From assembly GCF_004010195.1 (NCBI RefSeq), contig NC_057749.1:17971069-18015549 (forward strand): a stretch of DNA of 44,481 bases. Direction: 5' to 3'. This stretch comes from Chiloscyllium plagiosum (taxonomy: Eukaryota). The number at the start of each line of letters is the position of its first letter. Positions within the stretch are counted from its first letter, which is position 1. The notes under the pieces were generated by a model. The model was not told the origin of the DNA, made no database searches, and worked only from the letters and a program-made list of their open reading frames with translations. Made by a program: the position numbers and the translations under genes. Positions 1 to 12,310 of this stretch are shown here, piece by piece.

Positions 1-148
1 GAATGGGGAATGGGAGATGGGGGATGGGGATGGGGATGGGAACTGGGAGATGAAGGGGTTGGGAGATGGGGAATGGGGGATATAAGATGGGGGATGGGAG
101 ATGGAGGGTTGAAGATGGGGCATGGGGGAGGGGGGGTGGGAGATGGGT
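1..148. repeat. G-rich (GGGAT/GGGGAT)n-like simple repeat, G-quadruplex-prone
   Basis: Seen directly: repeated GGG(G) runs separated by AT/AGAT. Confidence 0.9.
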
Positions 149-205
149 TGTTACTGGGGCTCCCTACATTTTGTGGCTTGATGCTCCAAACTTGCCCCAA
201 CAACT

Positions 206-410
206 GAGAGTGAGCTAACGTTCCAATTCTAGATGACTCTTCACCAGAGCTGATGTGAAGTGGTGAAGAGCTCTGGATGAGAGTGGAAACGTTAGCTCAC
301 ACTCTCTCTCACTCTCTCTCACTCTCCATGGATACTGCGTGACCTGCTGTGATTTCCAGCATTGGTTGGTTTCAGTACAAGTTCCAGCATCTGCAGCAAT
401 TCGCTCCAAC
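206..410 (+). mobile_element. Old Penelope-like fold-back insertion with decayed hammerhead
   Basis: Inverted arms gagagtgagctaacgttcca / tggaaacgttagctcacactctc; family tail gacctgctg...ttccagcatctgcag. Minus arm reads CTGGTGA-agagtcatctagaatt-GGAACGTTA, a decayed core. Confidence 0.6.
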
Positions 411-899
411 AACTGATGGGGTTTTCAAACATGTTTAAACCTTCGATATAGACTTGGTCCAGACTGCCTTGGTTAACTGCCTGGGGATCCCTCCACTTCC
501 ACCTCAGGCCTGTGATGGGCTACAGTCAAAGGTCAAACCATCCTTGCCCCAATGGTTGCCTTTGAACTGTGACCCTTGCTGGTTGTCGCTCACCCATGGA
601 TGACTGAGCAGCTGAAGGAACTGCAAATTATATCTCTGTGCTCCTCAACCCACCAACCTCCGGGCACAGACACCGGGTGTAGGATCTCCCCAAGTCTGAG
701 TCAGAGTGGAGGTATGATCAAGGCTCTGTGTACAAACCTGGCTAACATTCTGTCCCTGTGTGCACTGACATTGGTGCAGTGTAACTCAGGGAGAAAGAGA
801 TGAGTGAGAGTGATTGTCATACAGTCCTTTTGATCCACGGTTTCAGTCCAGTGTGTCAGTGCCAACTTTCTACTGGGTCATTTCACCGAGTCCTGCTCA

Positions 900-1070
900 G
901 TCACCTTATCCCCAGAGCCCAACACATCCATCCTTTTCAGATAATTTCACAGTTCCTTTCTGAAAGCTTGGAGGGAACCTACCTCGTCCACAGTCTCTGA
1001 CAGCACATTCCAGACCCTCACTACTTGTTGCGTGAGAAAATTTTCCCTCGTGTTCTCTGCTGTTTCTTTT
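900..1070 (-). mobile_element. Old CR1 LINE 3' fragment
   Basis: Minus ORF ends RENFLTQQVVRVWNVLSETVDEVGSLQAFRKEL, the typical CR1 ORF2 C-terminus. Confidence 0.75.
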
Positions 1071-1216
1071 AACAAAAGGATGAGGTGAGAGTGACAGCCC
1101 TTGACATCAAGGCCACAGTTCACCGAGTGCGGCATCAAAGAGCCCAAACAAAACTGGAGTTAGTGGGAGTCAGGGGGAAAGCTGTTTGGAGAAATATCTG
1201 GCACACGGGGGGGGGG

Positions 1217-1313
1217 GTCAAGATTAGAGTGGTGCTGGAAAAGCACAGCAGGTCAGGCAGCATCCGAGGAGCAGGAAAATCGACATTTCAGGCAAAAGCC
1301 CTTCATCAGGAAT
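1217..1313 (-). mobile_element. Single-arm Penelope-like insert with hammerhead motif
   Basis: Minus strand: attc-CTGATGA-a-gggc-tttt-gcct-GAAA-t-GTC-gatt, followed by the family sequence gatgctgcctgacctgctgtgcttttccagc. It interrupts the LINE RT region. Confidence 0.8.
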
Positions 1314-1484
1314 GATGGGACGATGGTCATGGTTATTAAAGGTCAGTTATCCCAGCTCCAGGACAGCTCTGCAGGATTCCCTCAGGGTAGTGTGCTAGGC
1401 CCAACCATCTTCAGCTGCTTCATCAATGACCTTCCCTCCATCATAAGGTCAGAAGTGGATGTTCACTGATGGTTGCACAATGTT

Positions 1485-1595
1485 AGAATCATTGAGTGTC
1501 ACAGCTGTTCGGCCCATCAAGTCTGTACTGTGAAAACAGACACTATTAGCGACACTAGCCTGATTGGCCCCACTTACCTGCACTAACCCTTGAGC
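1485..1595 (-). mobile_element. Short CR1/SINE-type 3' tail inserted in the LINE
   Basis: tagaatcat...ttcggcccatc tail signature, flanked by the direct repeat caatgtt (1478-1484, 1596-1602). Confidence 0.55.
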
Positions 1596-1832
1596 CAATG
1601 TTGCTTCTGCACCCCACTGGCGACTGCTCAGATACTGAAGCAGGTCTGTGTCCAAATGCAGCAAGACCCAGAGAATATCCAGGCTGGGGCTGCCATGGGC
1701 AATTCATGCCACACAATTACTAAACATTGTCTATCTCCAGTAGGAGGGAATTAACAGACCTGCTTAACATTCAATGACGTTATCATCACTGAATCCTCCA
1801 CTATTAACATCCTGGTCATTACTAGTGACCAG

Positions 1833-2115
1833 TGGTCAGAGGTTAGCGCTGCTGCCTCACAGCACGAGTGAAATCAGGTTCCTGGGTTCAATTCCAGCCT
1901 TGGGCGACTGTCTGTGTGGAGTTTGTACATTCTCCCCGTATCTGTATGGGTTTCCTCCCACAGTCCAAAGAGTGCAGGTAAGGGTGGATTGGCCAGGGTA
2001 AAAGCCCAATGCAAGGTTATGGGAGTTTGGGGTGGGTGCTCTTCGGATGGGCAGTGCAGATGTGATGGGCTGAATGGCCTCTTTCTGCACAGTAGAGATT
2101 CTATTATCCTTCTAT
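1833..2115 (+). mobile_element. tRNA-derived V-SINE (HE1-like)
   Basis: Head ggttagcgctgctgcctcacagc, B-box ggttcaattcc, V-domain ctgtgtggagtttgtacattctcccc, CR1-like tail. Confidence 0.85.
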
Positions 2116-2779
2116 GAGGAGCTGAACTGCACTAGCCACATAAACACACTGTCCACACGGTACAAGTCAGGAGTGTGATGGAATACTCCCCACTTGCCCT
2201 GGATGGGGGCAGCTCCAACAACACTCAAGAAGCTCGACACCATCCAGGACAAAGCAGCCACTTGATTGACACCACACCCATAAAGATCCGCTCCCTCACA
2301 ACCAACACTCACTAGCAACGGTGTGTATCATCTCCAAGATGCACTGAGGAAATTCACCAAAACTCCTCAGACAGCACCTTCCAAACCCATGCCCACTTCC
2401 ATCTAGAAGGGCAAGGGCAGCAGGTACATGGTAACACCACCCCTTGCGAGTTACCCTCCGAGCCATTCACCATCCTGACTTGGAAATATATCGCCGTTCC
2501 TTCAGTGTCGCTGGGGCACAATCCTGGAATTCCCTCCCTCAGGGCATTGTGAGTCTACCCACAGCACATGGACTGCAGCGGTTCAAGAAGGGAGCTTACC
2601 CCCACCTTCTCAAGGGGCAACTAGGGACAGAGTGATAAATGCTGGACCCAGACAGCGATGCCCATGCCCCATGAGTAAATTTAAAAAATACTTCTAACTT
2701 TCAGTCTCCATCTTTTTGTAAATGGGAACAATTTCTCCTAACTGACACTGTCCGGACCCTATCTTGAATCCACATGACT

Positions 2780-3246
2780 GTGTATATGTATACCCACACA
2801 CACACATACATATAGGTACACACACACAGACACATACAGATACATACACACATACACACAGACACATGCACGCACACACACATACAGGCACACACACACA
2901 GACACATGCAGGCACACGCGCGCGCACAGACACACGCGCACGCACACACACATATACAGGCACACGTGCACACATACATGCATGCACACACACACACATA
3001 CAGGCACACACACATACATACAGGCACACGCATGCACATACATACAGGCGCATGCACACACGCACACACATACATACAGGCACACACGCACACACACAGA
3101 CAGACACACACTTGTGCATGTACATACAAATGCACAGGTGTACCGATGCACATGCATGTGTTGCATACACACATATCCAGGCACATACATGTGCATATTC
3201 AGACACATACATACAGACACACGCATGCATATATATTGGTACACAT
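2780..3246. repeat. Degenerate (CA)n-rich microsatellite
   Basis: CA/CATA/CAGG/CGCA interspersed repeats; these explain the His/Thr and Val/Cys ORFs. Confidence 0.95.
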
Positions 3247-4327
3247 GTTCAGCTAAATGTTTATGAGTGCCATCCTTGGATCCTAATGAGCTATATCCTT
3301 TCAAAGTTGCACTAATGATGTTGTATTAGCTTTGTTGAGAATGAGACACCCTGGTGAGTTTGTCCACAGACAGTGCTGTGAACTCCAGACACAATCAATT
3401 TCACTGGGTAATTAGGTTTCCCAGCTATTAATGATATCTGTTGTTAGCTTTGATTAGAGTGAGGACTGATGTAAGGAACAATGTGACTTTTTCTTGCCTT
3501 TTATTTTGAAGTGATTATTGATAATGAGCAGCAATAAAGCTGGACAGGCCCCTTTGAGATGGTTGCGAGATGAATTGTCAATTCCTGTTGTAAGAATCCT
3601 GAAACATTCAGAATAGAACTGAGCTGCGGGAACTGTTACTGATGTGTTCTGCAAAATGCAAGTATAATTCAACGCACAAACCTGTTGACCTAAAGCAGTG
3701 TCTAACTTCTCTGTTTAGGAATCAGTGACTGCGTGAGGCTCTGACAAGCTGACGAAAGGACTGAAGAAGCTGTTAACCGGTAGGAAAGAAACACTTCCTT
3801 CATTTAAGCATTTTCACATGGCTTGTTTCTTCGTAACACTTACAGGTTTTGAAAGGTTTATGACCAAGGTGGAGGAATGAGGTTTCCATTTGCTGCAGTG
3901 GTCACTTTGGGGTGTTCTTCTGCATCTTTTTAACAGTGTTCAAGATGAGAAGGTGGGATCCGTAGAAAAGAAAGATTAATGGAAAGCAAGCTTCCAATTG
4001 ACCTTTTTACCTTCCTACTATAGACCCATTTACCTCACACCTGCCTCTCCCAATATTATCCCCATCGACAAAAACTCAGTGACAAGTCAAACCTTACAGC
4101 GTGGTGAATCCAATACTGAAAAAAGGGAGGAAGAGTCTGGAGGGAGAGGGGGTTTGGGATGGTGTTTGTGTGTTCAGAGCAGCTACATCGGTGGAAGTAG
4201 TTATTGGCCAACGTCAAGTTTGCATTTTTGCAAACCAACCACCAGGGGAAGCAAATTAGTGACGACCGGAGATGGGACATTGAACTGAAGAGGTTCCAGA
4301 ACAACCAAGAGACTGAGAGCAAAAGCC

Positions 4328-4602
4328 AAAAAACAGACAACCCAGAATGAACTGTGGATGCTGTGAATCAGGGAAGGTAAACAGAAGTTGCTGGAAAAGC
4401 TCAGCAGGTCTGGCAGCATCTGTAAAGAGAAATCAGAGTTAACGTTTCAGGTCCTGGTTCTGAGGAAGGTTCTCCAGACCCGAAACATTAACTCTGATTT
4501 CTCTCCGAAGATGCTGCCAGACCTGCTGAGCTTTTCCAGAAACTTCTGTTTACCTTCCCGGATTCACAGCATCCACAGTTCATTCTGGGTCGTCTGTTTT
4601 TT
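4328..4602 (+). mobile_element. Penelope-like fold-back element (~125-bp inverted arms) with central hammerhead
   Basis: aaaaaacagacaacccagaatgaactgtggatgctgtgaatc... mirrors ...gattcacagcatccacagttcattctgggtcgtctgtttttt. Centre: gtt-CTGAGGA-a-ggttc-tcca-gaccc-GAAAC-ATT-aac (4457-4492). Confidence 0.85.
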
Positions 4603-5194
4603 CTGGAATTTATTAACTCCTTGAGCGGAGGAGATGTGGAGGGTGGTTACTGAACGGGGAGAGGGGTAGGAGAGAGGACATGATGGTGTGGCAACGAGGA
4701 GTGCAAACAGAGGATGGGAGAGAGACTTGGACAAGGAGAGAGAGAGAGGTGAAGCTTTTGATATCAAAGTGTTTCAAGTTTGTAATTGGGTGTAAGCTCC
4801 AGAGTCCACGCTGCACAGGTTTGAAAGGATTTGCAGGCGTATTATGCTGGCTGTATTTTGGAAAGTGTGCGTGCGTGTGTGCGTGCGTGTCTGCAATTTG
4901 TTCAGCATTGAACTTTAAGCAGCCTGGATGATTGACTGGGAGTGGTGCTGAGGTGGGTTCAGGTTTGATTTAAGCTCAGGATTGTATTTCTAACTATAAA
5001 CTGGAAATGGAAGATCAGCTGCTGTGTGTTGCTGTGTTAATTCAGCTTTTCCTGACAGTGACGTCCAAGAGTAAATGGGCAGATGGATCAGCCCATAGTG
5101 CAGGCTGTAATGAATGTGTATATACACACACCAATCCCAGCCTCTAACATACCTCCTGTAAATATACGGCTTGTTTGTAAATATGTACCTGGCT

Positions 5195-5390
5195 GCGACC
5201 GTAAATATACTCGGCATTCGGAAGCCTTTGGGGATGCTCCGTTATGCGCGCGCGCAGAACAAGGTCACATGATGCTCCGATTCACGCGCCGGAGGCGTGC
5301 AGGGGGTCACGTGGTTCTCCGTTTCGCGGGCAAAACAAGGTCACGTGGGGTCAGACATCCGGGAACGTAAGGAGGCGGAGAATGGAGTCA
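5195..5390 (+). promoter_or_regulatory. CpG-rich promoter-like region with three E-box/CLEAR-type motifs, NRF1-like and ETS-like sites
   Basis: GGTCACATGA 5263-5272; GGTCACGTGG 5305-5314 and 5339-5348; TGCGCGCGCGCA 5245-5256; ACATCCGG 5355-5362. CpG density is high against a CpG-poor background, and the segment runs into an assembly gap. Confidence 0.7.
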
Positions 5391-5890
5391 NNNNNNNNNN
5401 NNNNNNNNNNNNNNNNNNNNNNNNNNNNNNNNNNNNNNNNNNNNNNNNNNNNNNNNNNNNNNNNNNNNNNNNNNNNNNNNNNNNNNNNNNNNNNNNNNNN
5501 NNNNNNNNNNNNNNNNNNNNNNNNNNNNNNNNNNNNNNNNNNNNNNNNNNNNNNNNNNNNNNNNNNNNNNNNNNNNNNNNNNNNNNNNNNNNNNNNNNNN
5601 NNNNNNNNNNNNNNNNNNNNNNNNNNNNNNNNNNNNNNNNNNNNNNNNNNNNNNNNNNNNNNNNNNNNNNNNNNNNNNNNNNNNNNNNNNNNNNNNNNNN
5701 NNNNNNNNNNNNNNNNNNNNNNNNNNNNNNNNNNNNNNNNNNNNNNNNNNNNNNNNNNNNNNNNNNNNNNNNNNNNNNNNNNNNNNNNNNNNNNNNNNNN
5801 NNNNNNNNNNNNNNNNNNNNNNNNNNNNNNNNNNNNNNNNNNNNNNNNNNNNNNNNNNNNNNNNNNNNNNNNNNNNNNNNNNNNNNNNNN

Positions 5891-6420
5891 TCCCTCCACC
5901 GTCCCCCTGTAATTCCTATCAGGAAGCTAGCTTTGGACCCAGTTTGCCAACTTGCTTTGGATCCCATGGGCACTTTCCTTTTGGATCAGCCTTTAATGTG
6001 GGACCAAGTTAAAGTCTACGTGAGCCACATCGACTGCACGACACTCATCGATGTATTTAGTCATTTTTTCAAAACCCCCTATTAAATTAGTCAGACAGGA
6101 TCTTCCCTCAACCAATCCATGCTGACCGTCCCTGATCAATCCCTGCCTTTCTAAGTGTTGATCAGTCCTGGCCCAAACAATATTTTCCAATTAATGTCCC
6201 TCCCCCTGCTGTCAGACTATCTGCTCTGTAATTACCTGGCCTCTCCCTGCTGCCCTTCTTAAACAAAGGAACCACATTAGCGATCCTCCAGTCATTCGAC
6301 ACTTCACCTGTGGCCAGCAAAGTGTTAAATATATCCGCCAGGGCCCCAGCAATCTCCTCACTCAGTTCCCGTAGCAGCCTGGGGATTTATATGTATACCT
6401 CCTAAAACATCTAATACCCA
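5891..6420 (-). mobile_element. CR1 LINE ORF2 (RT) fragment
   Basis: Minus ORF HLERQGLIRDGQHGLVEGRSCLTNLIGGFEKMTKYIDECRAVDVAHVDF. Confidence 0.9.
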
Positions 6421-6783
6421 TGCTAACTGTGCTAGCATCCTCTGTGTGCCTTGGTGTCAGCAATTTGTTTGACAATAAATTGTTCCTTGAAAAGCACTGA
6501 GACATTATGGGAATTAAAGGCGCGATATAAATGTAAATTTGTTGTTGTCTAGAGTGCACAAAATTTGGAAGTTGACATTTTCTAGTGAAACCATAAGGGT
6601 AGATAGTGAAATGTTCTCCGTGTTGACAGGAATATAGCAATAAGCAACTTCATCGTTCATTCGGGACTGTTTCTCTTCATTATACTCATGTAGCGACAAA
6701 AGTGAAATTCGGCTTTTGCACTGATAGGTTTTACAACACTGAAAAACTAGCCGGAGACTTCTCTGTACGGATGGTTTTTCCAG

Positions 6784-6785
6784 GT

Positions 6786-6822
<37 letters not shown>

Positions 6823-7169
6823 TAGAGTGGGTCTGTGTGTGTCTGAGTGGCTCTGTGTGTGTGTGAGTGGGTCTGTATGTGTGTGTGTGAGTGTGTGTGT
6901 GAGTGAGTGTGTGTGTGTCTGTGTGTGTGAGTGAGTGGGTCTGTGTNNNNNNNNNNNNNNNNNNNNNNNNNNNNNNNNNNNNNNNNNNNNNNNNNNNNNN
7001 NNNNNNNNNNNNNNNNNNNNNNNNNNNNNNNNNNNNNNNNNNNNNNNNNNNNNNNNNNNNNNNNNNNNNNNNNNNNNNNNNNNNNNNNNNNNNNNNNNNN
7101 NNNNNNNNNNNNNNNNNNNNNNNNNNNNNNNNNNNNNNNNNNNNNNNNNNGTGTGTGTGAGAGTGTGCT

Positions 7170-7220
<51 letters not shown>

Positions 7221-7226
7221 AAGAGA
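6784..7226. repeat. (TG)n/(GA)n compound microsatellite with internal gap
   Basis: Seen directly. Confidence 0.95.
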
Positions 7227-7269
7227 GATATCATTCAGTATCTGAGAGCAGTCTCCTTGACCACTGTAC

Positions 7270-7605
7270 ACATCATCTCCGTCAAGTTAGTGAAACATGA
7301 TTTCCCACACACAACGCCATGTTAATTCTCACTAATCAGTCCTTCCCTTTCCAAAAACATGTACATCAGGATCCCCTCCAACAACTTATCCACCACTGAT
7401 ATCAGGTTCTCTGATCCATAGTTCCCTGGTTTTTCCTTATCAACTTTCTTAAATAATGGAACCACATCAGCCAACCTCACCTGTGACTATCACTGATACA
7501 AATATCTCAACTCGGGGCCCAGCAATCACTTCCCCAGAGTTCTAAGATCCACCTGATCAGGTCCTGGGGATTTATCCACCTTTATGCATTTTAAGATGTC
7601 CCAAC
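7270..7605 (-). mobile_element. CR1 (HER1-like) RT fragment
   Basis: catgatttcccacacacaacgccatg...tgatcaggtcctggggattt matches the copy at 29975-30270. Confidence 0.85.
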
Positions 7606-8179
7606 CAATGTTCTAAGATAATCCACCAAACAGTGGGACATGGACCATTCAGACAGAGAGGACTGGGGACTCCCTGTGGATGGAGGAACTTTATTCCAAT
7701 AAGTGCGGTCCAAACCGTCTCACATAAACACAGCGAGAGATTGTAAGTACTGTATGATGACGGATGTCCCATTCTCTCCCTCCCCAACATCGTATTTCAG
7801 AGCAGATTGGTGAATGCTGACAGTTCAAGGTGAAAGGAAATTAGCCCTGTGTCCATAAACAGCCAACAGGAACTCGGACTGGGTGTGAGTTATAGAGTCA
7901 TAGAGTCATAGAGATGTACAGATTATAGAGTCATAGAGATTCTGTGCCAAGCACATTAGCTCCCATCCACATTGGAATTGTAAATACACATAGGGGAGTA
8001 TCTGCCCACATGGGGTGGATGAGCATGGCGGCTGCCAGTCTGATGATGGGAGGCTCTTTAAGGGGCAATAGCCAGAATCAGGCATTGCCTCAGTACAGGG
8101 TGAAGGCAGCTGTCATCATGGGACCCTGCACTTGTGAACTCCCAGCCCCCAACAGTCCTGACCATGCCATTGGTCATTG

Positions 8180-8948
8180 ACATTCTGGGTCCACTACTTT
8201 TTGTTATTTATATAAATGATTTGGATGTGAGTACAAGAGGTACAGTTAGTAAGTTTGCAGATGACACCAACATTGGAGATGTAGTGGACAGCGAAGAGGG
8301 TTAACTCAGATTACAATGGGATCTAGACCAGATGGGCCAATGGGCTGAGAAGTGGCAGATGGAGTTTAATTCAGATAAATGTGAGATGCTGCATTTTGGG
8401 AAAGCAAATCTTAGCAGGACTTATACACTTAATGGTAAGGTCTAGGGAGTGTTGCTGAACAAAGAGACCTTGGAGTGCAGGTTCATAACTCCTTGAAAGT
8501 GGAGTCGCAATAGATAGGATAGTGAAGAAGGCGTTTGGTTATGCTTTCTTTTATTGGTTTTGAGTACAGGAGTTGGGAGGTCATGTTGCGGCTGTACAGG
8601 ACAATGGTTAGACCACTGTTGAAATGTTGCGAGACCAATTCTGGTCTCCTTCCTATCGGAAAGATGTTGTGAAACTTGCAAGGGTTCAGAAAAGATTTAC
8701 AAGGATGTTGCCAGGGTTGGAGGATTTGAGCTATAGGGAGAGGCTGAACAGGAGGATGTGGTGGAGGCTGGTACAATTGCAACATTTAAGAGGCATTTGG
8801 ATGGGTATATGAATAGGAAGGGTTTGGAGGGATATGGGCCGGGCGCTGGCAGGTGGGACTAGATTGGGTTGGGATATCTGGTCGTCATGGATGGGTTGGA
8901 CCGAAGGGTCTGTTTCCCTGCTATACATCTCTCTCTGACACTATGACC
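8180..8948 (+). mobile_element. CR1 (HER1-like) LINE 3' portion with an internal deletion
   Basis: SKFADDT motif; FWSPSYRKDVVKLARVQKRFTRMLPGL; 3' UTR ttggaccgaagggtctgtttcc and ctatgac tail. Confidence 0.92.
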
Positions 8949-9631
8949 CAGTTTCCAGTAATTTCAGGAGGATCAAGCCTGAATTCTGTCCTTGCCCTTT
9001 AAGCACAAAGTCTAGGTCTGTATGTAAGTTATTATTTTCTTTTTCAGTGGAGGATTTTGGAATTGTTCCAGTCAATGTCCTTTGCTTGTGCCTGTAGACC
9101 CTCACTGCAGTTTGTCAGGGCAGTGTGGAACGAACCAGTCCACTCGGAGATATCTCTGGGTTTGCTGCCTTTCTTCCATCCCCTTCCACCCAACCCTTTT
9201 GCTGTCAGCTCACTCAGAACAGACTCAAAGAAACAGGTCTGAGTAATAATCTGACAAGTCAATGTGCCCTTTGGGGAACACAGATTCAGGAACACACTTC
9301 ACACTTTCACAGGTTGTGTGGGGATATTACAGAGCCCAAGGGATTCAGTCGGTGTTAGAAACACATCTCTTCACACTCTCGTAATGACACAGATCTTCAT
9401 AGGTCACCTTCACTACCCCTCAGCATCTGACAGTCACCCATCGTGTATACAATGCAAGTCTAATTCTGCTCTCCAGAATCAAGTTTTTGTGATTCAGCAG
9501 CTGCTGTCAGATTGAACACAGAAAAGGTACGAGTTTCTTTGAAATTTGTGGCCATGATGTTCTGATTTGTTTACTTGATAACGTAAAGGATCAATGGGGT
9601 GATCGAAAACAATTTTCTGTATTTAATATTT

Positions 9632-10061
9632 CATCAAACACCCATCGGACAGAGACTGCACAGGGTTAGATACAGAGTAAAACTCCCTCTACACCGTTCC
9701 CCCATCAAATGCTCCCCAAACAGGGACTGCATGGGGTTAGATACAGAGTAAACCTCCCTCTACACTGTCCCCATCAAACACTCCCCAGACGGGGATAGCA
9801 TGGGGTTAGATACAGAGTAAGCCTCCCTCTACACTGTCCCCATCAAACACTCCCAGGACAGGGACAGCACAGGGTTAGATACAGAGTAAAGCTCCCTCTA
9901 CACTGTCCCCCATCGAACACTCCCCAGACAGGGATAGCACGGGGTTAGATACAGAGTAAAACTCCCTCTACACTGTCCCCATCAAACACTCCCCAGACAG
10001 GGACAGCACAGGGTTAGATACAGAGTAAAGCTACCTCTACACTGTCCCCATCAAACACTCC
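9632..10061. repeat. Minisatellite, about 6 copies of a 69-71 bp unit
   Basis: The GGTTAGATACAGAGTAAA motif recurs near 9664, 9735, 9804, 9873, 9943 and 10012. Confidence 0.95.
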
Positions 10062-10334
10062 TAGATCCATATCATTACAATTATTCTGTAAAATACAAGG
10101 TTCAGTCATGGATTTTTGGAGAGATAGCTAGTGTGTAATTTGAAAAGCTTTTTCCTGTTCCCTCCCAACATCTCCCTCTGAGAGCTGACAGGCTGCTTTC
10201 ACCTGTCATTCTTCGGTTGGATAATGAAAAGGCTTGGAGATTGCTCAGGGTGAAATGGAGATGAGAGAGTGATGGTCCTATTATTTCCACTTTCAATAAC
10301 AGGGCAGCTCCTGTCATTGTACCTCAAAAGTACA

Positions 10335-10697
10335 CACTGATATTGGATCAGAAACAATCTCACCACATCCTGTTCGTCAGTCCCTGTCTAATTGAGACAC
10401 TAAATAATATTTGAGCTACCGAGCTGAATGAACTGAATTAGTTCATCACTAGGAGAGGCAAGAAGGTGAGGAACCAATGATCAGACCAGCCCTGCCTATT
10501 GATCTGCATTCAGACTGAGTTCCACTTCTGTGTATTGTCTTAATATGGGAGCGACAATGACCTCGTGCTGTCAATACTAGATGATCAATCCAGGGAGCCA
10601 GGTAATGGTCTACTCAGTAACTAATATTGTTGTGGATTAATTAGATAAGTACTGACCAACAGGATGTGGTGTGATTGTTTCTGATCCAATATCAGTG
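10335..10697. repeat. Inverted duplication (47-bp near-perfect core, ~90 bp total)
   Basis: 10335-10381 is the reverse complement of 10651-10697 with 2 mismatches. Confidence 0.9.
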
Positions 10698-10963
10698 CGG
10701 ACTGTCTGGGGACCCTGCTTCAAATCCCCCAAAGCAGATGGTGAAATTTGAATTTGATAAAAATCTGGAATTAAGAGTCTAATGGTTGTTGGAAAATCCC
10801 ATTTAGGGAAGGAAACCGCTATCCTTACCTGGTCTGGCCTACACGTGACTCCAGATCCTCAGCAAATGGGGTTGACTGTTAACTGCCCTCTGGGTAATTA
10901 GGGATTGGTAATAAATACTGGCCCAGCCAGTGACACCCTCATCCCGTGAATGAATTAAATAAA
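10555..10963 (+). mobile_element. tRNA-derived SINE with LINE-shared tail (recalled as AmnSINE2-like), head interrupted
   Basis: B-box-like cttcaaatccc; body tagggaaggaaa...ctggtctggcctacacgtgactccag; tail aataaatactggcccagccagtgacaccctcatccc resembles the LINE tails at 2635-2690 and 14790-14860. The family name is from memory. Confidence 0.75.
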
Positions 10964-11579
10964 GAAGAGCCCAGTTAAAAGAAAGGGAAGACCACAATGG
11001 TTGAGGAACTCAGAGTCAGTATTGTGCCAGTGGCTGTGGTGGAAAGGAAGTGCCCAGTGAGGATCCTTCTGCCAGTCGCTTGGCCCAGGCTGCCGAGAAC
11101 CCTTTATAACAGTCACACCGTCAGTTTGAGATTGAGAAGGGAGACAGAACTCACAGGTTGCTCCTGAGAAGGTTCAATGAGAAAGGAATTGGACAGGTGC
11201 TGGAGGGATCCGGTTTACTGACAAGAATTGGGCGTTCGCGAGACCGTACTGTCAAAGAGTCAGCGCAGTTACAATGGACTGAATGGTCTGTAATTTTCTA
11301 GGAGTCTATAAATGAATTAAATCCAGAGATTGACTTGTGTCCAGGTTAACAGAGATCACTTGTGGATCGCCTGAGTATTTTTCTGATGGATGTGGAAGCT
11401 CAGAGTTGTCAGTTTGTCTCCTTCTGAAATCTGAACGTTGCAGGCACTGATTCCCTGAATTATGGAAGGCCATTCAACCCCTTTCAATTATACTTGCCCA
11501 ATTTTCCAGCTCCCTTTTTCCTATTCCAGGCGCCATCATGCATTTGTATTAATAGCTCTGTGTATAGGTCCTCCATATC

Positions 11580-11870
11580 CTTACAGCATAGAAACAGGCC
11601 ATTCAACCCAACTCATCCCTGCTGGCTCTCTGCTGCACCTCTCGCTTTACTTCCTCTCCCCCAGTCACAGTTCGGTGTGTTCCCGCTTCCTCATGATGAC
11701 CCGGATTCTCCCGCGGAATTGATTCCTGCTGTGGGAGAGAATTCCACATTCCCACCACTCACGGGGTAAAGCTGTTTCTCCGGAGTTGCCTGTTGGATTT
11801 GTTAGCTCTGATTGGTGGTTATAGATCCTGACTGCCTTCAACATCTGTCCCTGCAATCATTCTCCTCTTA
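11580..11870 (-). mobile_element. Old CR1-type 3' fragment
   Basis: acagcatagaaacaggccattcaaccca tail and agaattccacattcccaccactc (VxxWN region). Confidence 0.5.
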
Positions 11871-11894
11871 AAAATCTACTCTCCTTTCTTTCTT

Positions 11895-12310
11895 CCAGGG
11901 ATGAGAAACTGAATAGATGAGGGTGGATTGAAGAGATTGGGGCTGTTCCCCTTGGAGAGAAGGAGAGGGTGATCTGATGGGGTGTGGTCCTGGACAGAAT
12001 AGAGAGGGAGAAACTGTGCCCCCTTCCCCCTGGTAAAATGAACAGGAACTTGGATTTTAAATGATGTGAAAGTCAAGCAAGAGTGAAGTGAGAAAGAACT
12101 TCCTCACCCAGCAAGTAGATGGGGTGTGGAATGTACAGCCTGGAAAGGTGGGAGAGGCAAATTCAACTGAGGCATTCAAGACGAGCATTTGGATGGGTAT
12201 TTGGATAGAAATGATATACAAGGAAAAAGCAGGGGATTGGCTCTCAGTGATAGATCTGGTGCAAGGACAGTGGGCTGAGTGGCCTCAGTTTGCCCTGTAA
12301 CAATTCTGTG
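11895..12310 (+). mobile_element. Old CR1 3' fragment
   Basis: LGLFPLERRR-like sequence and RKNFLTQQVDGVWNVQP...AFK. Confidence 0.75.

Larger units (their letters stand above)
1075..2690 (+). mobile_element. CR1/L2-group LINE (second family), 5'-truncated, interrupted by three nested insertions
   Basis: RT-like VTALDIKATVHRVRH (ALD.SKAFD.VWH motif); [20 protein letters not shown] at ~1375-1430; AQSWNSLP near the 3' end; tail taaatgctgg...gcccat...aaaaaa. Same family as 14790-15880. Confidence 0.85.

Noticed and set aside
2694..3315. Six overlapping 94-183 aa ORFs
   Set aside because: Read-through of a (CA)n-type microsatellite; low-complexity His/Thr or Val/Cys peptides.
3719..3779. Exon-like segment (ctaac branch, tttag, CCG/gtagga)
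   Set aside because: Stop codons in all three frames and no linked exons; it could be non-coding but is unsupported.
4328..4602. Possible pre-miRNA or MITE interpretation of the long hairpins
   Set aside because: Family members have asymmetric tails, variable arm lengths, 11-12 bp TSDs and hammerhead cores, which fit Penelope-like retroelement ends better.
5244..6085. Long ORFs of 180-260 aa
   Set aside because: They consist mostly of N-gap X residues; the same applies at 6.7-7.3, 12.8-13.6 and 20.7-21.5 kb.
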